DNA of 35,514 nucleotides from contig MFLB01000021.1 of the NCBI GenBank assembly GCA_001781445.1, forward strand, positions 1 through 35,514, written 5' to 3'. Below are positions 1 through 8,614 of the stretch, piece after piece; position 1 is the first letter of the stretch; the number at the start of each line of letters is the position of its first letter. The notes under the pieces are model-generated. The model was not told the origin of the DNA. It did no database searches and saw only the letters and a program-made list of their open reading frames with translations. The translations under genes and the position numbers were made by a program. The DNA is from Candidatus Kaiserbacteria bacterium RIFCSPHIGHO2_01_FULL_58_22. Its GTDB lineage: Bacteria > Patescibacteriota > Minisyncoccia > Phycocordibacterales > UBA2100.

Positions 1-2
1 AA

Positions 3-218
3 GCCGTAAAAAATAAACCCCATTATTCCAAATACAAAGATTTAATGCCGGACTTTGTAAATATATCCTGTGAGGTTGTAGGTTGGTGTCGCTACTCTGA
101 ATTAAGAGAAACAAAACAAATACCCGGACAAGAATTTGATGGTATGAGATTCGTTAAAGAATCTGGGCTTTTAAAGAAAACAAAGAAGGACTGGCAAGAG
201 TTTATAAAGCAATTGTAG
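3..218 (+). CDS. 3' end of a gene running in from outside the window; possibly the restriction endonuclease partner of the adjacent methyltransferase
   Basis: Frame open from base 3 (AVKNKPHYSKYKDLMPDF...KKDWQEFIKQL) to TAG 216-218; AT-rich and overlaps the convergent C5-MTase by 17 bp. The function is inferred from context only. Confidence 0.5.
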   Translation, partial: AVKNKPHYSKYKDLMPDFVNISCEVVGWCRYSELRETKQIPGQEFDGMRFVKESGLLKKTKKDWQEFIKQL

Positions 219-1347
219 CGCCAACTTCTACTTCATCAAATAAACTTGCTATCTCTCGTGCGTTAGCTTCTCCGTTGGTAAGTTTCGACTCCACGGACTC
301 GTAGGGAATCCCTGCGAAAGTTTTTAGCACGGCAGAAATAACGGCTTGCGCGCCGACTGGAGGCACTGCCATACCGATTTGTTTTCTCGCGCTTTCTTTG
401 GAGCCTTCGAATACGAAGCTATCGGGGAAAGATTGCAATCGTGCTCGTTCCCGGTTTGTAAGAGCGCGATGTTCTGACCAGTGATAAACATGTGTTCCAC
501 CACCTCCGCTTCCGGTGATGGTGTAGGCGGGTTTTTGGGGGTCTAACCTTTTATAAATCTGGCTCATGCGAGCACCTTTTACATTTAGTCTCAAATGTTG
601 AGGTATACCCTCATACCACGCATTTTCTCCGGCTGGGATATGCTTTAGCCGTTCAACAACACCTGCGGATTGCTTGGTAAGTTCGTGATTTTGCGCATCA
701 TCTGGTATGCGTGGGTTTTCTATTGCAGAGCGCGCGCTCACATAATTGTATTTTGTAGTTGGAGCGGGAACTTTGAATTGTAGTCCTAAATCTTTTCTTA
801 TACCGATAATAACAATTCGGTGTCTTTGTTGTGGCACACCGTATTCTTCAAATTTGTATAGGTGCGGAGTGAGTACATAACCTTTCCGGGCCGATTCGAG
901 ATCTTTTAGAATTTGCTTAAAAGCATTACCTCCATTTGCGCTCTGTAAGCCACTAACATTTTCCGCAATAAACCATTTTGGATTGTGGGTGTTTATTGCC
1001 CTTACTCCATGAGAGTAGAGGGGTCCAAACTTCCCATCAAAACCTTTTTGTTCACCCACAACACTAAAATCGTTACAAGGAAATCCAAAAGCAAGCACAT
1101 CAAATTCTGGTACTTTTTTAAAATCTATTTCTTGAACAGGAGCGCAGACGACACTTTCTTCATTTCCGTTGTGAATATTACGAGCGTATGTTTTACAAGT
1201 ATCAGCGTCGTAATCGTTTGCCCAAACAGGCTCGATACTATAGATGGTATTTTCGTTTTCAGCAAAAGACCGGATTGCGCCAAGAGCAAGCCCGCCGGGG
1301 CCGGAAAATAATTCTGCTAATTTAAATTTAATCTCCTTTTTTTTCAT
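202..1347 (-). CDS. DNA (cytosine-5)-methyltransferase
   Basis: Ordered C5-MTase motifs: LFSGPGG (I), GFPC (IV, catalytic Cys), ENV (VI), QQRHR (VIII), RERARLQSFP (IX), QIGMAVPP (X). Confidence 0.96.
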   Translation of the reverse strand: MKKKEIKFKLAELFSGPGGLALGAIRSFAENENTIYSIEPVWANDYDADTCKTYARNIHNGNEESVVCAPVQEIDFKKVPEFDVLAFGFPCNDFSVVGEQKGFDGKFGPLYSHGVRAINTHNPKWFIAENVSGLQSANGGNAFKQILKDLESARKGYVLTPHLYKFEEYGVPQQRHRIVIIGIRKDLGLQFKVPAPTTKYNYVSARSAIENPRIPDDAQNHELTKQSAGVVERLKHIPAGENAWYEGIPQHLRLNVKGARMSQIYKRLDPQKPAYTITGSGGGGTHVYHWSEHRALTNRERARLQSFPDSFVFEGSKESARKQIGMAVPPVGAQAVISAVLKTFAGIPYESVESKLTNGEANAREIASLFDEVEVGATIAL

Positions 1348-1374
1348 AAATTCTCAATTTATTTTACCATTTTT

Positions 1375-2001
1375 TTAAATTTCCTTCCTAAGCACTCCTA
1401 CGACTCTTCCTTGTATTTCCACATTTGTCTCATAAAATGGCTTCATTTTCTTATTTGCTGGAACTAATTTAATTCGATTTTTTTCCTTGTAAATCCTTTT
1501 AAGTGTAACGGCATCTTTGTTCGGAAGATAAGCAACTGCTTTGTCTCCATCGTCAACGGATGATTGTTCCCGTACCACAATAATATCTCCGTCAAAAATT
1601 CCATCTTCAATCATACTTGTACCGGCAATTTTCAAGGCATAGAAATTTGCTCCTGTTGAAAGCATATTTCTAGGAACTTCGATTGGTCTGGGATCCCTAA
1701 TTGCCTCAATAGGTCCACCGGCGGCAATAAGTCCCATAAGTGGAATTTCTACCGCTCCATTCTTTTGGTGATTGAATGCTTGAATTGAACGGCGCTTGCC
1801 CTTTTCAGTTGTAAGCAGGTTCTTTTGGCGTAGATACGAAATATGTTGGTGGATGGTGGGGACGGAAACATCAAAATGAACTGCGATTTCTGAAAGAGAT
1901 GGCGCAAAGCCATTCTTCTTGCGAAAATTACCGATGAATTCAAGTATCTCCGACTGTCTTTTTGAAGCTTTTCCTATTCCCACGCTTGACTTATTTTGCA
2001 T
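1375..2001 (-). CDS. lexA: LexA-family repressor (winged HTH plus S24 autopeptidase)
   Basis: RQSEILEFI..GFAPSLSEIA N-domain, IAAG Ala-Gly cleavage site, GTSM catalytic Ser, TLKR catalytic Lys. Confidence 0.92.
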   Translation of the reverse strand: MQNKSSVGIGKASKRQSEILEFIGNFRKKNGFAPSLSEIAVHFDVSVPTIHQHISYLRQKNLLTTEKGKRRSIQAFNHQKNGAVEIPLMGLIAAGGPIEAIRDPRPIEVPRNMLSTGANFYALKIAGTSMIEDGIFDGDIIVVREQSSVDDGDKAVAYLPNKDAVTLKRIYKEKNRIKLVPANKKMKPFYETNVEIQGRVVGVLRKEI

Positions 2002-2042
2002 ACCTAAAGTATAATACCTAATATAAACCTAATCAAGCCTAA
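2002..2042 (-). promoter_or_regulatory. sigma70-type promoter of lexA overlapped by four TTAGG direct repeats (candidate operator)
   Basis: Minus strand TTGATT (2036-2031)-N17-TATACT (2013-2008)-N6-ATG; CCTAA on + at 2003, 2017, 2028, 2038. Confidence 0.75.
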
Positions 2043-2258
2043 GTTATCCCCATGTTGGTGTCTCAAACCATTCAGGATGAACTTTGTAGATAGCCCTTAA
2101 TTCTCGTATACTTTTATCAATATCCTTGAATCTAAGCCACGTTTTCGGTTCAAAGTTGCGGACATCGCCACCGCAAATAGAAACTTCGCGCTCTGAAATG
2201 CCGGAGATGCGTCCCGCCGGAAGTTGCTGACTTCACGGTAGAGGTCTATACTTTTCCC

Positions 2259-2504
2259 ATGGACTTCACGCAATACATGGGCATCGGGGGCATGGGAGCG
2301 CTCGGTTCCTTCTCTCTCTTGCTCGTCCTCCTCATCGCGTGGAGCCTTTTCTGGAAGGGCTTCGCGCTCTGGCACTCCGCGAAGCGCGGCGAGCAGTGGT
2401 GGTTCATCGCTTTCCTCATTCTCAACACCGCCGGCATCCTAGAGATCGTCTACCTCTTCTTCATCGCGAAAGTTCCCGAATTCCGCAAGAAGCTGGGACT
2501 CTGA
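2259..2504 (+). CDS. DUF5652-like small membrane protein
   Basis: WSLFWKGFALW..A...WWF....LNTAGILEIVYL signature; preceded by TTGCTG-N17-TATACT-N6-ATG. Confidence 0.8.
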   Translation: MDFTQYMGIGGMGALGSFSLLLVLLIAWSLFWKGFALWHSAKRGEQWWFIAFLILNTAGILEIVYLFFIAKVPEFRKKLGL

Positions 2505-3142
2505 TCTCCAAGGCGGTGGACTACGAGGAGACTCCCGTTTCTGACACTGATGTCCGCCGTTTTCCCCGTCATCTTGTTGCGTATGCCGCGAGCGCTCCCC
2601 GAGCGCAGAACCTCGTTCTTGAGCGGATAGAAAAGTCCTTTCGCGCTCACCCCTGCCGCATCGCGCCCGACGGGAATAAGCGAGACATCATCCCCTTTCT
2701 TTCCCCTGATACGGAGTCGTGCGCGGACAAGCTCTATCTCCTCCCTGCCTTCTATGATGCGCAATCGAACCGATGCGAATCGCTTTTTTGCGAGCATGAA
2801 GATGTTGCCGACGAGGTGATCGGTCGAGGTGCCGCGCACGCCGGCGAGAATGACGTCGCGGCATCCCCGCGCAACCGCAAGCGCCACTCCGAGCTCGGAA
2901 TCCGTGTAGAGCTTGTCGCGCGGATATCGGATGAGCTCGACCTTCTTTTTCTGCAGAGCACGAAGTATGCGCCGAGAGAGCGAATCCATGTCGCCGATGA
3001 CGACGTGCGGCGTGAGGCGAAGCGCGAGTATATGTGAGGCGCCGCCGTCGCAACCGATGAGAAGCGTGTCTTTCTTGATATGCCGCTTTACGCGCGAGAG
3101 ATCGGCGAGATCGCCATTGCAAAAGACGATGGCTTTTTTCAC
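2450..3142 (-). CDS. thiN: Thiamine pyrophosphokinase
   Basis: DGGA, GDMDS, DKLYTDSELG, DHLVGN, GLFYPL motifs; last gene of the TPP-riboswitch operon. Likely start GTG 3142 (MKKAIVFCNG); alternative in-frame ATG 3208 lies inside the inserted element. Confidence 0.88.
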   Translation of the reverse strand: MKKAIVFCNGDLADLSRVKRHIKKDTLLIGCDGGASHILALRLTPHVVIGDMDSLSRRILRALQKKKVELIRYPRDKLYTDSELGVALAVARGCRDVILAGVRGTSTDHLVGNIFMLAKKRFASVRLRIIEGREEIELVRARLRIRGKKGDDVSLIPVGRDAAGVSAKGLFYPLKNEVLRSGSARGIRNKMTGKTADISVRNGSLLVVHRLGDQSPSFLRNSGTFAMKKR

Positions 3143-3260
3143 CCCGTTAGAAGTAGGAGGCTTGCGCTTCCGATTCGTCTCCGACGGCAGTGAGATGTTC
3201 TTGTTCATAGCTTGCAGGACGATCTATCTATGTCCTGAACTTCCGCAACTTCTAACGGGG
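3142..3260. mobile_element. 119-bp non-autonomous miniature element (MITE-like)
   Basis: Perfect 13-bp TIRs CCCCGTTAGAAGT (3142-3154) / ACTTCTAACGGGG (3248-3260); flanks TTCA (3138-3141) / CTCA (3261-3264). Confidence 0.75.
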
Positions 3261-3261
3261 C

Positions 3262-4011
3262 TCATATTTTTTTCCACGGAACGAATACGCGCTCCGCGAG
3301 CGATACGAGCGCAAGGAGCGCAACCGTGAGGAGCATCGTCACGACGAGCGCGGCAAAGACGAGGACGATGGCGCGACTATTGGCCGAGGTAAGCATGAAA
3401 ACGCCGAGGCCGCGGTAGGCGCCGACGAACTCGCCGACGATGGCGGCAGTGATTGCGTATGTTACAGCTATGCGAAGCCCCGAAAAGAACGAGGGCAGAG
3501 CCGCCGGCAAGCGAACATACGAAAGTATCTGCCATGAAGAAGCGCCCATAGCCTTAAGGAGGTCGACCATGTTCTCATCTGCCGCGCGAAGCGCGTCGAA
3601 GGTCGCGATGGTGACGGGGAAAAAGCAATAGAGGATGACGATGAGCGCCTTCGGAAAGAGATCGAAGCCGAACCACATGAGAAGGAGCGGCGCGAGCGCG
3701 ATCAAGGGTATCGTCTGCGAGAGGACGAGAAGCGGGTAGACGCCGGCGCGGACGCGCGGCATGAGGAAAAGCGCCGCCGCGAAGCCGACGCCTAGCAGTA
3801 CCGCGAAGAAAAGCCCGATGAGCGCCTCTTTGAGCGTCTGCGCCGCGTGGACGAAGAGTATCTCGCGGTACGAAAGAACGGCGAGCGCGATATCCGAAGG
3901 GGGCGGCAAGACGGTTTTCGATATGTTCGCGAGACGGACGTAGAGCTCCCACGCGCCGATGAACGACGTGAGGATAAGAAGCGGCGGGAAGAGTTTTTCG
4001 AGCATCGTCAT
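3262..4011 (-). CDS. ABC transporter permease, ThiX/SsuC/TauC-like
   Basis: LPPPS, P..ALAPLL..WFG, EAA-like loop (MGASSWQ...VRLPAALP), AIVGEF..A..GLG. Confidence 0.9.
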   Translation of the reverse strand: MTMLEKLFPPLLILTSFIGAWELYVRLANISKTVLPPPSDIALAVLSYREILFVHAAQTLKEALIGLFFAVLLGVGFAAALFLMPRVRAGVYPLLVLSQTIPLIALAPLLLMWFGFDLFPKALIVILYCFFPVTIATFDALRAADENMVDLLKAMGASSWQILSYVRLPAALPSFFSGLRIAVTYAITAAIVGEFVGAYRGLGVFMLTSANSRAIVLVFAALVVTMLLTVALLALVSLAERVFVPWKKI

Positions 4012-4751
4012 ACGGGCGCGAGGAGTGAGAACAGGCGTTTTTCAAGTTCGAGCGCCTCCGGCGCGCGCAACTGCTCATGACGGCGCGGCCGCGGGATCGG
4101 CACGTCGAATTTTTCCTTGATGCGCCCGGAACCGAGCACATAGATAGTGTCGGAGAGGAATATCGCCTCGCGGATGTCATGGGTGACGAGAAGCACGCTC
4201 GCCTCGGTCTTCTCGAGGAGCGCGAGAAGCCATGTTTGCGCTTCTATGCGCGTCAGCGCGTCGAGGGGCGCGAACGGCTCATCGAGGAGCAGTAACGAGT
4301 GATCGTGGAGCACCGTTCGCAGAAGCGCCGCTTTCTGCTTCGTTCCTCCCGAAAGCGCCGCCGGATAGAGCCGAGCATATTGTTCCAAACCGAATGCCGA
4401 AAGAAGCGCTCTCGCTTTTTCCTGCGCTCTCCCTCGCGACGCGCCCGCGATATCCGCGGGCAACAAAAGATTTCCCTCGACCGTCCTCCAGGGCAAAAGC
4501 GCGTGGTCTTGCGGCATATACGATGCGTCGCCACGGAGCTCGAAGACGCCGGATGTCGGCATCCCGACGCCGGCGAGTATTTTAAGGAGCGTGCTCTTGC
4601 CGGAGGCGTTCTGCCCGATGATGCTGACAAACTCGCCCTCTTTGGCCTCGAGGCTGACATTCGAGAGCGCCCGGATCTCCTTTTTCCCCGTCTCGTAAGT
4701 CTTCCCGACGCCGCGGACGGCGAGCAGAGCCGCGCTATTCGAAAAGTTCAT
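4008..4751 (-). CDS. ABC transporter ATP-binding subunit, ThiZ/SsuB-like
   Basis: Walker A GQNASGKS, LSGG signature, LLLDEPF Walker B, VTHD; start could be 4751 or 4766. Confidence 0.9.
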   Translation of the reverse strand: MNFSNSAALLAVRGVGKTYETGKKEIRALSNVSLEAKEGEFVSIIGQNASGKSTLLKILAGVGMPTSGVFELRGDASYMPQDHALLPWRTVEGNLLLPADIAGASRGRAQEKARALLSAFGLEQYARLYPAALSGGTKQKAALLRTVLHDHSLLLLDEPFAPLDALTRIEAQTWLLALLEKTEASVLLVTHDIREAIFLSDTIYVLGSGRIKEKFDVPIPRPRRHEQLRAPEALELEKRLFSLLAPV

Positions 4752-5748
4752 TCGTGTAGAGCGCATCGAGGTCGAGCTCGCTTACCGGGTCGCCCGAGGC
4801 GTCGAAGACAGCTTCGTTATCGAGCATGAACGCGGGGTACCAGCGCCACGAGCTTTCGCTCTGGACTCCCCACGGCACTCCCTCGTCGGCGTAGCGCGGC
4901 GAGAGATACGCTTGGCTCGCGAATACAAGGCCTTCGTCGGGGAAAGTGCCGCGCGGGGTGGCCGCGATGAGCATGCGCGCCGCCTTCTCCGGGTTCTCGC
5001 GCGCGAATTCGTAGCCGCGCGCCGTCGCGCGCATGAATTTTTTCAGCAACTCTTTCTTCGTCGCAAGCGTTTGTGGCGAGGTGATGATGTTCGGCGTCGA
5101 GTAATCGGGAATGCCGTATTCGGCGATGGGAAATGTGATGAGCTCGAACCCTTCGCGCTTCGCCGCGACACCCTGCCAGCCGTCGAATATCCACGTGAAA
5201 TCGACGCGCCCCGCGCGGAGCGCCTCGAAGGCGTCGGTATCGAGCGTCACGTTCTGAAATGCACCGCTCCCGCCGTCGCTTTGAATGATAGTACCGATGA
5301 CGGGCTCTTCGTATGGCGCGCCATAGCCGCCGTAAATTTTTCCCTCAAGTTGCGAAGGGCGCGTGATGCCAGAATCTTTTCGCACGGCGAGGGAGGAGGT
5401 GTTGCGCGCGATGATAGCGGCGATGGAAACGACTGGCGCGCCTGCCGCGTGCGCGGCGACGATTGCTTCAGTGGAGCTGATGCCGAGATCTGCTGCGCCG
5501 GAGTGCACTAAGACGTCGGGCGATACGGAGCCGTAGGGCAGGATGATGAGTTCTATCCCCTCTTCTTCGTACCACTTCTCATGGAGCGCGACGTAGAGCC
5601 CCGTGTGATTGGTGTTCGGCGTCCAGTCGAACGCGAGCGTGAGAGGCGCGAGGTCATCGCGCGTCGAACCCGTGTTGCTTTGAAATATCCAAAATGCGCT
5701 TCCAACGATTACGACGACTAGAACGACTATAACGTATCTGGTATTCAT
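4735..5748 (-). CDS. NMT1/THI5-family (ThiY-like) substrate-binding protein for thiamine or a pyrimidine precursor
   Basis: N-terminal membrane anchor, DWTPNTNHTGLYVA motif, directly downstream of a TPP riboswitch. Confidence 0.88.
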   Translation of the reverse strand: MNTRYVIVVLVVVIVGSAFWIFQSNTGSTRDDLAPLTLAFDWTPNTNHTGLYVALHEKWYEEEGIELIILPYGSVSPDVLVHSGAADLGISSTEAIVAAHAAGAPVVSIAAIIARNTSSLAVRKDSGITRPSQLEGKIYGGYGAPYEEPVIGTIIQSDGGSGAFQNVTLDTDAFEALRAGRVDFTWIFDGWQGVAAKREGFELITFPIAEYGIPDYSTPNIITSPQTLATKKELLKKFMRATARGYEFARENPEKAARMLIAATPRGTFPDEGLVFASQAYLSPRYADEGVPWGVQSESSWRWYPAFMLDNEAVFDASGDPVSELDLDALYTNELFE

Positions 5749-5900
5749 ATTCCCTCCGCAGGCATTACCCTACAGGTTCGATGGGTCGTCCCTGCGGTGA
5801 GTTTATCGAATCCGCGACTTGGGACCTCTCAGCCGAGCCTTGTCTCGCCGAAGCCCCGTTTGACGTGGCGTAGGCGGACTTCCCCAGCTCCCCCACAACT
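5749..5900 (-). ncRNA. TPP riboswitch (thi-box)
   Basis: Minus strand GGGGAGC...GCTGAGAG...ACCC..GAACCTG..GGGTAATGCCTGCGGAGGGA; its 3' end carries the GGAGG SD four nt before the ATG at 5748. Candidate extended -10 TGA-TACAGT at 5909-5901. Confidence 0.92.
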
Positions 5901-5933
5901 ACTGTATCAGAGGAAGGAAAAGAGACAACTCGT

Positions 5934-6386
5934 CTATGTCAAAACCTTCGTCATTTGGACGCGTTCCACGTCACTGCGACCCGGTTCAGGCTCAACCCAA
6001 GCCTCCTTATGGAAACCGAGACGTTCGTAAAATCCAACTGCTGTGGGATGTGCATTGAGAACGAGCGTGGATATCCCTTGTCTTTTGGCAAGACTCTCAA
6101 GATTTTTCATGAGCAACCGCCCAAAACCCCTGCCTTGCTCTTTTTTAGTGATCGCCACAAGCCGAACTGCGGCTATATCCGGGGAGAGAATGTCGAACCG
6201 CGCTGTTCCGATCGCTCTTCCATTAGTCTTCAGGAGTAATGCGGTTTTGTTCGGATCCCGTTCGCCTCGATAGTTCGGATCGTAGTCGGACCTGCCGCGC
6301 GCTTCGAAGAGTTCTGTGCGACGGATGTCGTGATAGCTCGCCCAATCCTCGGCCGTCGTTACCCGAGCAAGCTCGACCCTTACCAT
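5934..6386 (-). CDS. GNAT-family N-acetyltransferase
   Basis: IGTAR, VAI....QGRGFGRLLM acetyl-CoA motif, LNA...AVGFYERLGF. Confidence 0.88.
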   Translation of the reverse strand: MVRVELARVTTAEDWASYHDIRRTELFEARGRSDYDPNYRGERDPNKTALLLKTNGRAIGTARFDILSPDIAAVRLVAITKKEQGRGFGRLLMKNLESLAKRQGISTLVLNAHPTAVGFYERLGFHKEAWVEPEPGRSDVERVQMTKVLT

Positions 6387-6389
6387 AGA

Positions 6390-6596
6390 TCACAGATCAT
6401 CGGCGGTGAGGCCCGCGATCTTGAGAATGCGATGTAGCGTGCCCTTTGAAATGTCTCGCGCGTGCATCGGGACCACGACGGTTGCCTTGTCCGAAGCGCG
6501 TACGTATACCGCATGACTGCCGCGTTGCCGGGTAAAGACGAAACCTCGTTTGGCGATCAGCGCGATGATCCTTCTCGGCGTCGCCGACTTGGCCAT
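6390..6596 (-). CDS. hicA: HicA-family mRNA interferase toxin
   Basis: 68 aa, GF...RQRGSH catalytic His motif, VVVPMH..DI.KGTL..IL. Confidence 0.9.
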   Translation of the reverse strand: MAKSATPRRIIALIAKRGFVFTRQRGSHAVYVRASDKATVVVPMHARDISKGTLHRILKIAGLTADDL

Positions 6597-6604
6597 AGCG
6601 CTTA

Positions 6605-6859
6605 CTACCTTCGAACCTCCGCAAGATCAACGGCGACCGAACTCACGATCGGGCGCTCATCAATAGCCGGTACCGGTTCTCGACGCGCGGCGAGCTCCTC
6701 GAGATATACGAGAATCGCCTCTTTCGCCATTTTCTGGGCATGCTCGAAGTTTTTGCCTTGCGTCACACAACCGGGCAAAGTCGGCACATACACCGAATAT
6801 CCCCTTCTTTTCTCGGGTTCGAATACGACGCTAAAGTCCAGAATTTTCTTCTTTTTCAT
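6605..6859 (-). CDS. hicB: HicB-family antitoxin (short, no obvious C-terminal DNA-binding domain)
   Basis: GYSVYVPTLPGCVTQG...E.A..MAKEAI motif; 8 bp upstream of hicA. Confidence 0.9.
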   Translation of the reverse strand: MKKKKILDFSVVFEPEKRRGYSVYVPTLPGCVTQGKNFEHAQKMAKEAILVYLEELAARREPVPAIDERPIVSSVAVDLAEVRR

Positions 6860-6905
6860 ACTTCAATGAGGACAGCATACCATATTCAATGTATACTCGA
6901 AATTC

Positions 6906-8597
6906 ATGGCTAAAAATAGTTCTCTCAAACCTCGCAGTACCGTGATGACCGAGGGCGATGCGCGCGCGCCGAATAGGGCGATGCTTCGCGCCACGGGAAT
7001 GAAGGACAAAGATTTCGAAAAGCCCATAGTCGGCATCGCGAGCACGTGGAGCGAGGTGACGCCCTGCAACATGCACATCGACAAGCTCGCGCTCGCGGTA
7101 CATGCCGGAGTAGAAAAGGCTGGAGGCGTAGCGCAAACATTTGGCACCATCACCGTTTCGGACGGTATCGCTATGGGTCACGAGGGCATGAAATACTCGC
7201 TCGTTTCCCGCGAAGTCATCGCAGACTCAATAGAAGTGGTCGCCGGAGCAGAGCGATTCGACGGCATCGTCGCGATAGGCGGTTGCGACAAAAATATGCC
7301 GGGATGCATGATCGCCCTCGCGCGCGTGAACACGCCGGGCATTTTCATCTACGGCGGCACTATCATGCCGGGCAAGCTTCACGGCAAAGACATCGACATC
7401 GTGAGCATTTTCGAAGCGGTCGGCCGGTATCAGGCGAAAAAGATAGACGCGAAAGAGCTTCACGCGATCGAGTGCAAGGCGTGCCCGGGCCCTGGCTCCT
7501 GCGGCGGTATGTACACCGCCAACACGATGTCTTCCGCGATCGAAGCGATGGGCATGAGCCTCCCCTACGGCTCGACGACCCCCGCCGTCTCGAAGCAGAA
7601 GCGCGAGGAGTGCGCGACCGCGGGGCGTCAGGCGCGCGAACTCGTGAAGCGCGGCTTGAAGCCCCGCGACATCATGACGAAAAAAGCGTTCGAGAACGCG
7701 ATTACCGTCGTGATGGCCATCGGCGGCTCGACGAACGCCGTTCTGCACCTCCTTGCGATGGCGCGCGCGGCGGAAGTGGAACTCTCGATGGAAGATTTCA
7801 ACCGCATTTCCGACAAGACTCCCCTCCTGTGCGACATGAAACCGGGCGGGAAATACCTGACGGTGAACTTGCATGAGGCGGGCGGCGTGCCTGCGGTGAT
7901 GAAAGAGCTTCTCGATGCCGGACTTTTGCATGGCGATTGCATGACGGTAACGGGAAAAACCGTCGCGGAGAATCTCAAGAACGTCAAAAAGGCGAAAAGT
8001 ATCACGCCAGTCATCCACGATTTCGATAACCCCGTGATGACGCGCGGGCCTATCGTCGTCATGCACGGCAATCTCGCGCCAGGAGGCGGCGTCGCGAAAA
8101 TAAAAGGCATCAAGAAGCTCCAGCACCGCGGCCCGGCGAAGGTATACGAGTGCGAGGAGGACGCGTTCGCGGCGCTTCAGCGGGGCGAGGTCGTCCGCGG
8201 CGACACCATCGTCATCCGGAACGAGGGCCCTAAAGGCGGCCCCGGCATGCGCGAGATGCTCGCCGTCACCTCGGCCATCATCGGCCAGGGGTTCGGAGAT
8301 TCCGTAGCACTCATCACCGACGGCCGTTTCTCCGGCGGCTCGTACGGCATGGTCATCGGGCACGTCGCCCCGGAGGCCTATGTGGGCGGCACGATCGGAC
8401 TTCTGCGCAATGGCGACATCATTGCGATCGACGCTGAAAAGAAAACAATTGAAGTGGAGCTTTCCGACGAGGAGCTCGCGCGCCGGAAAAAGGAGTGGAA
8501 GCAGCCGGCTCCCAAGTACAAGCGCGGGGTCTTGCGCAAATATATCGAACTGGTATCTTCGGCAAGCGAAGGCGCGGTGACGGATGCCCTCGATTAA
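6906..8597 (+). CDS. ilvD: Dihydroxy-acid dehydratase
   Basis: [66 protein letters not shown]. Confidence 0.97.
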   Translation: MAKNSSLKPRSTVMTEGDARAPNRAMLRATGMKDKDFEKPIVGIASTWSEVTPCNMHIDKLALAVHAGVEKAGGVAQTFGTITVSDGIAMGHEGMKYSLVSREVIADSIEVVAGAERFDGIVAIGGCDKNMPGCMIALARVNTPGIFIYGGTIMPGKLHGKDIDIVSIFEAVGRYQAKKIDAKELHAIECKACPGPGSCGGMYTANTMSSAIEAMGMSLPYGSTTPAVSKQKREECATAGRQARELVKRGLKPRDIMTKKAFENAITVVMAIGGSTNAVLHLLAMARAAEVELSMEDFNRISDKTPLLCDMKPGGKYLTVNLHEAGGVPAVMKELLDAGLLHGDCMTVTGKTVAENLKNVKKAKSITPVIHDFDNPVMTRGPIVVMHGNLAPGGGVAKIKGIKKLQHRGPAKVYECEEDAFAALQRGEVVRGDTIVIRNEGPKGGPGMREMLAVTSAIIGQGFGDSVALITDGRFSGGSYGMVIGHVAPEAYVGGTIGLLRNGDIIAIDAEKKTIEVELSDEELARRKKEWKQPAPKYKRGVLRKYIELVSSASEGAVTDALD

Positions 8598-8614
8598 CTA
8601 TTCAACGAAGAACA

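Noticed and set aside
2097-2150. Possible further orphan 3' end (RKRGLDSRILIKVYEN*) at the AT/GC boundary
   Set aside because: No matching parent gene in the window, so it cannot be supported
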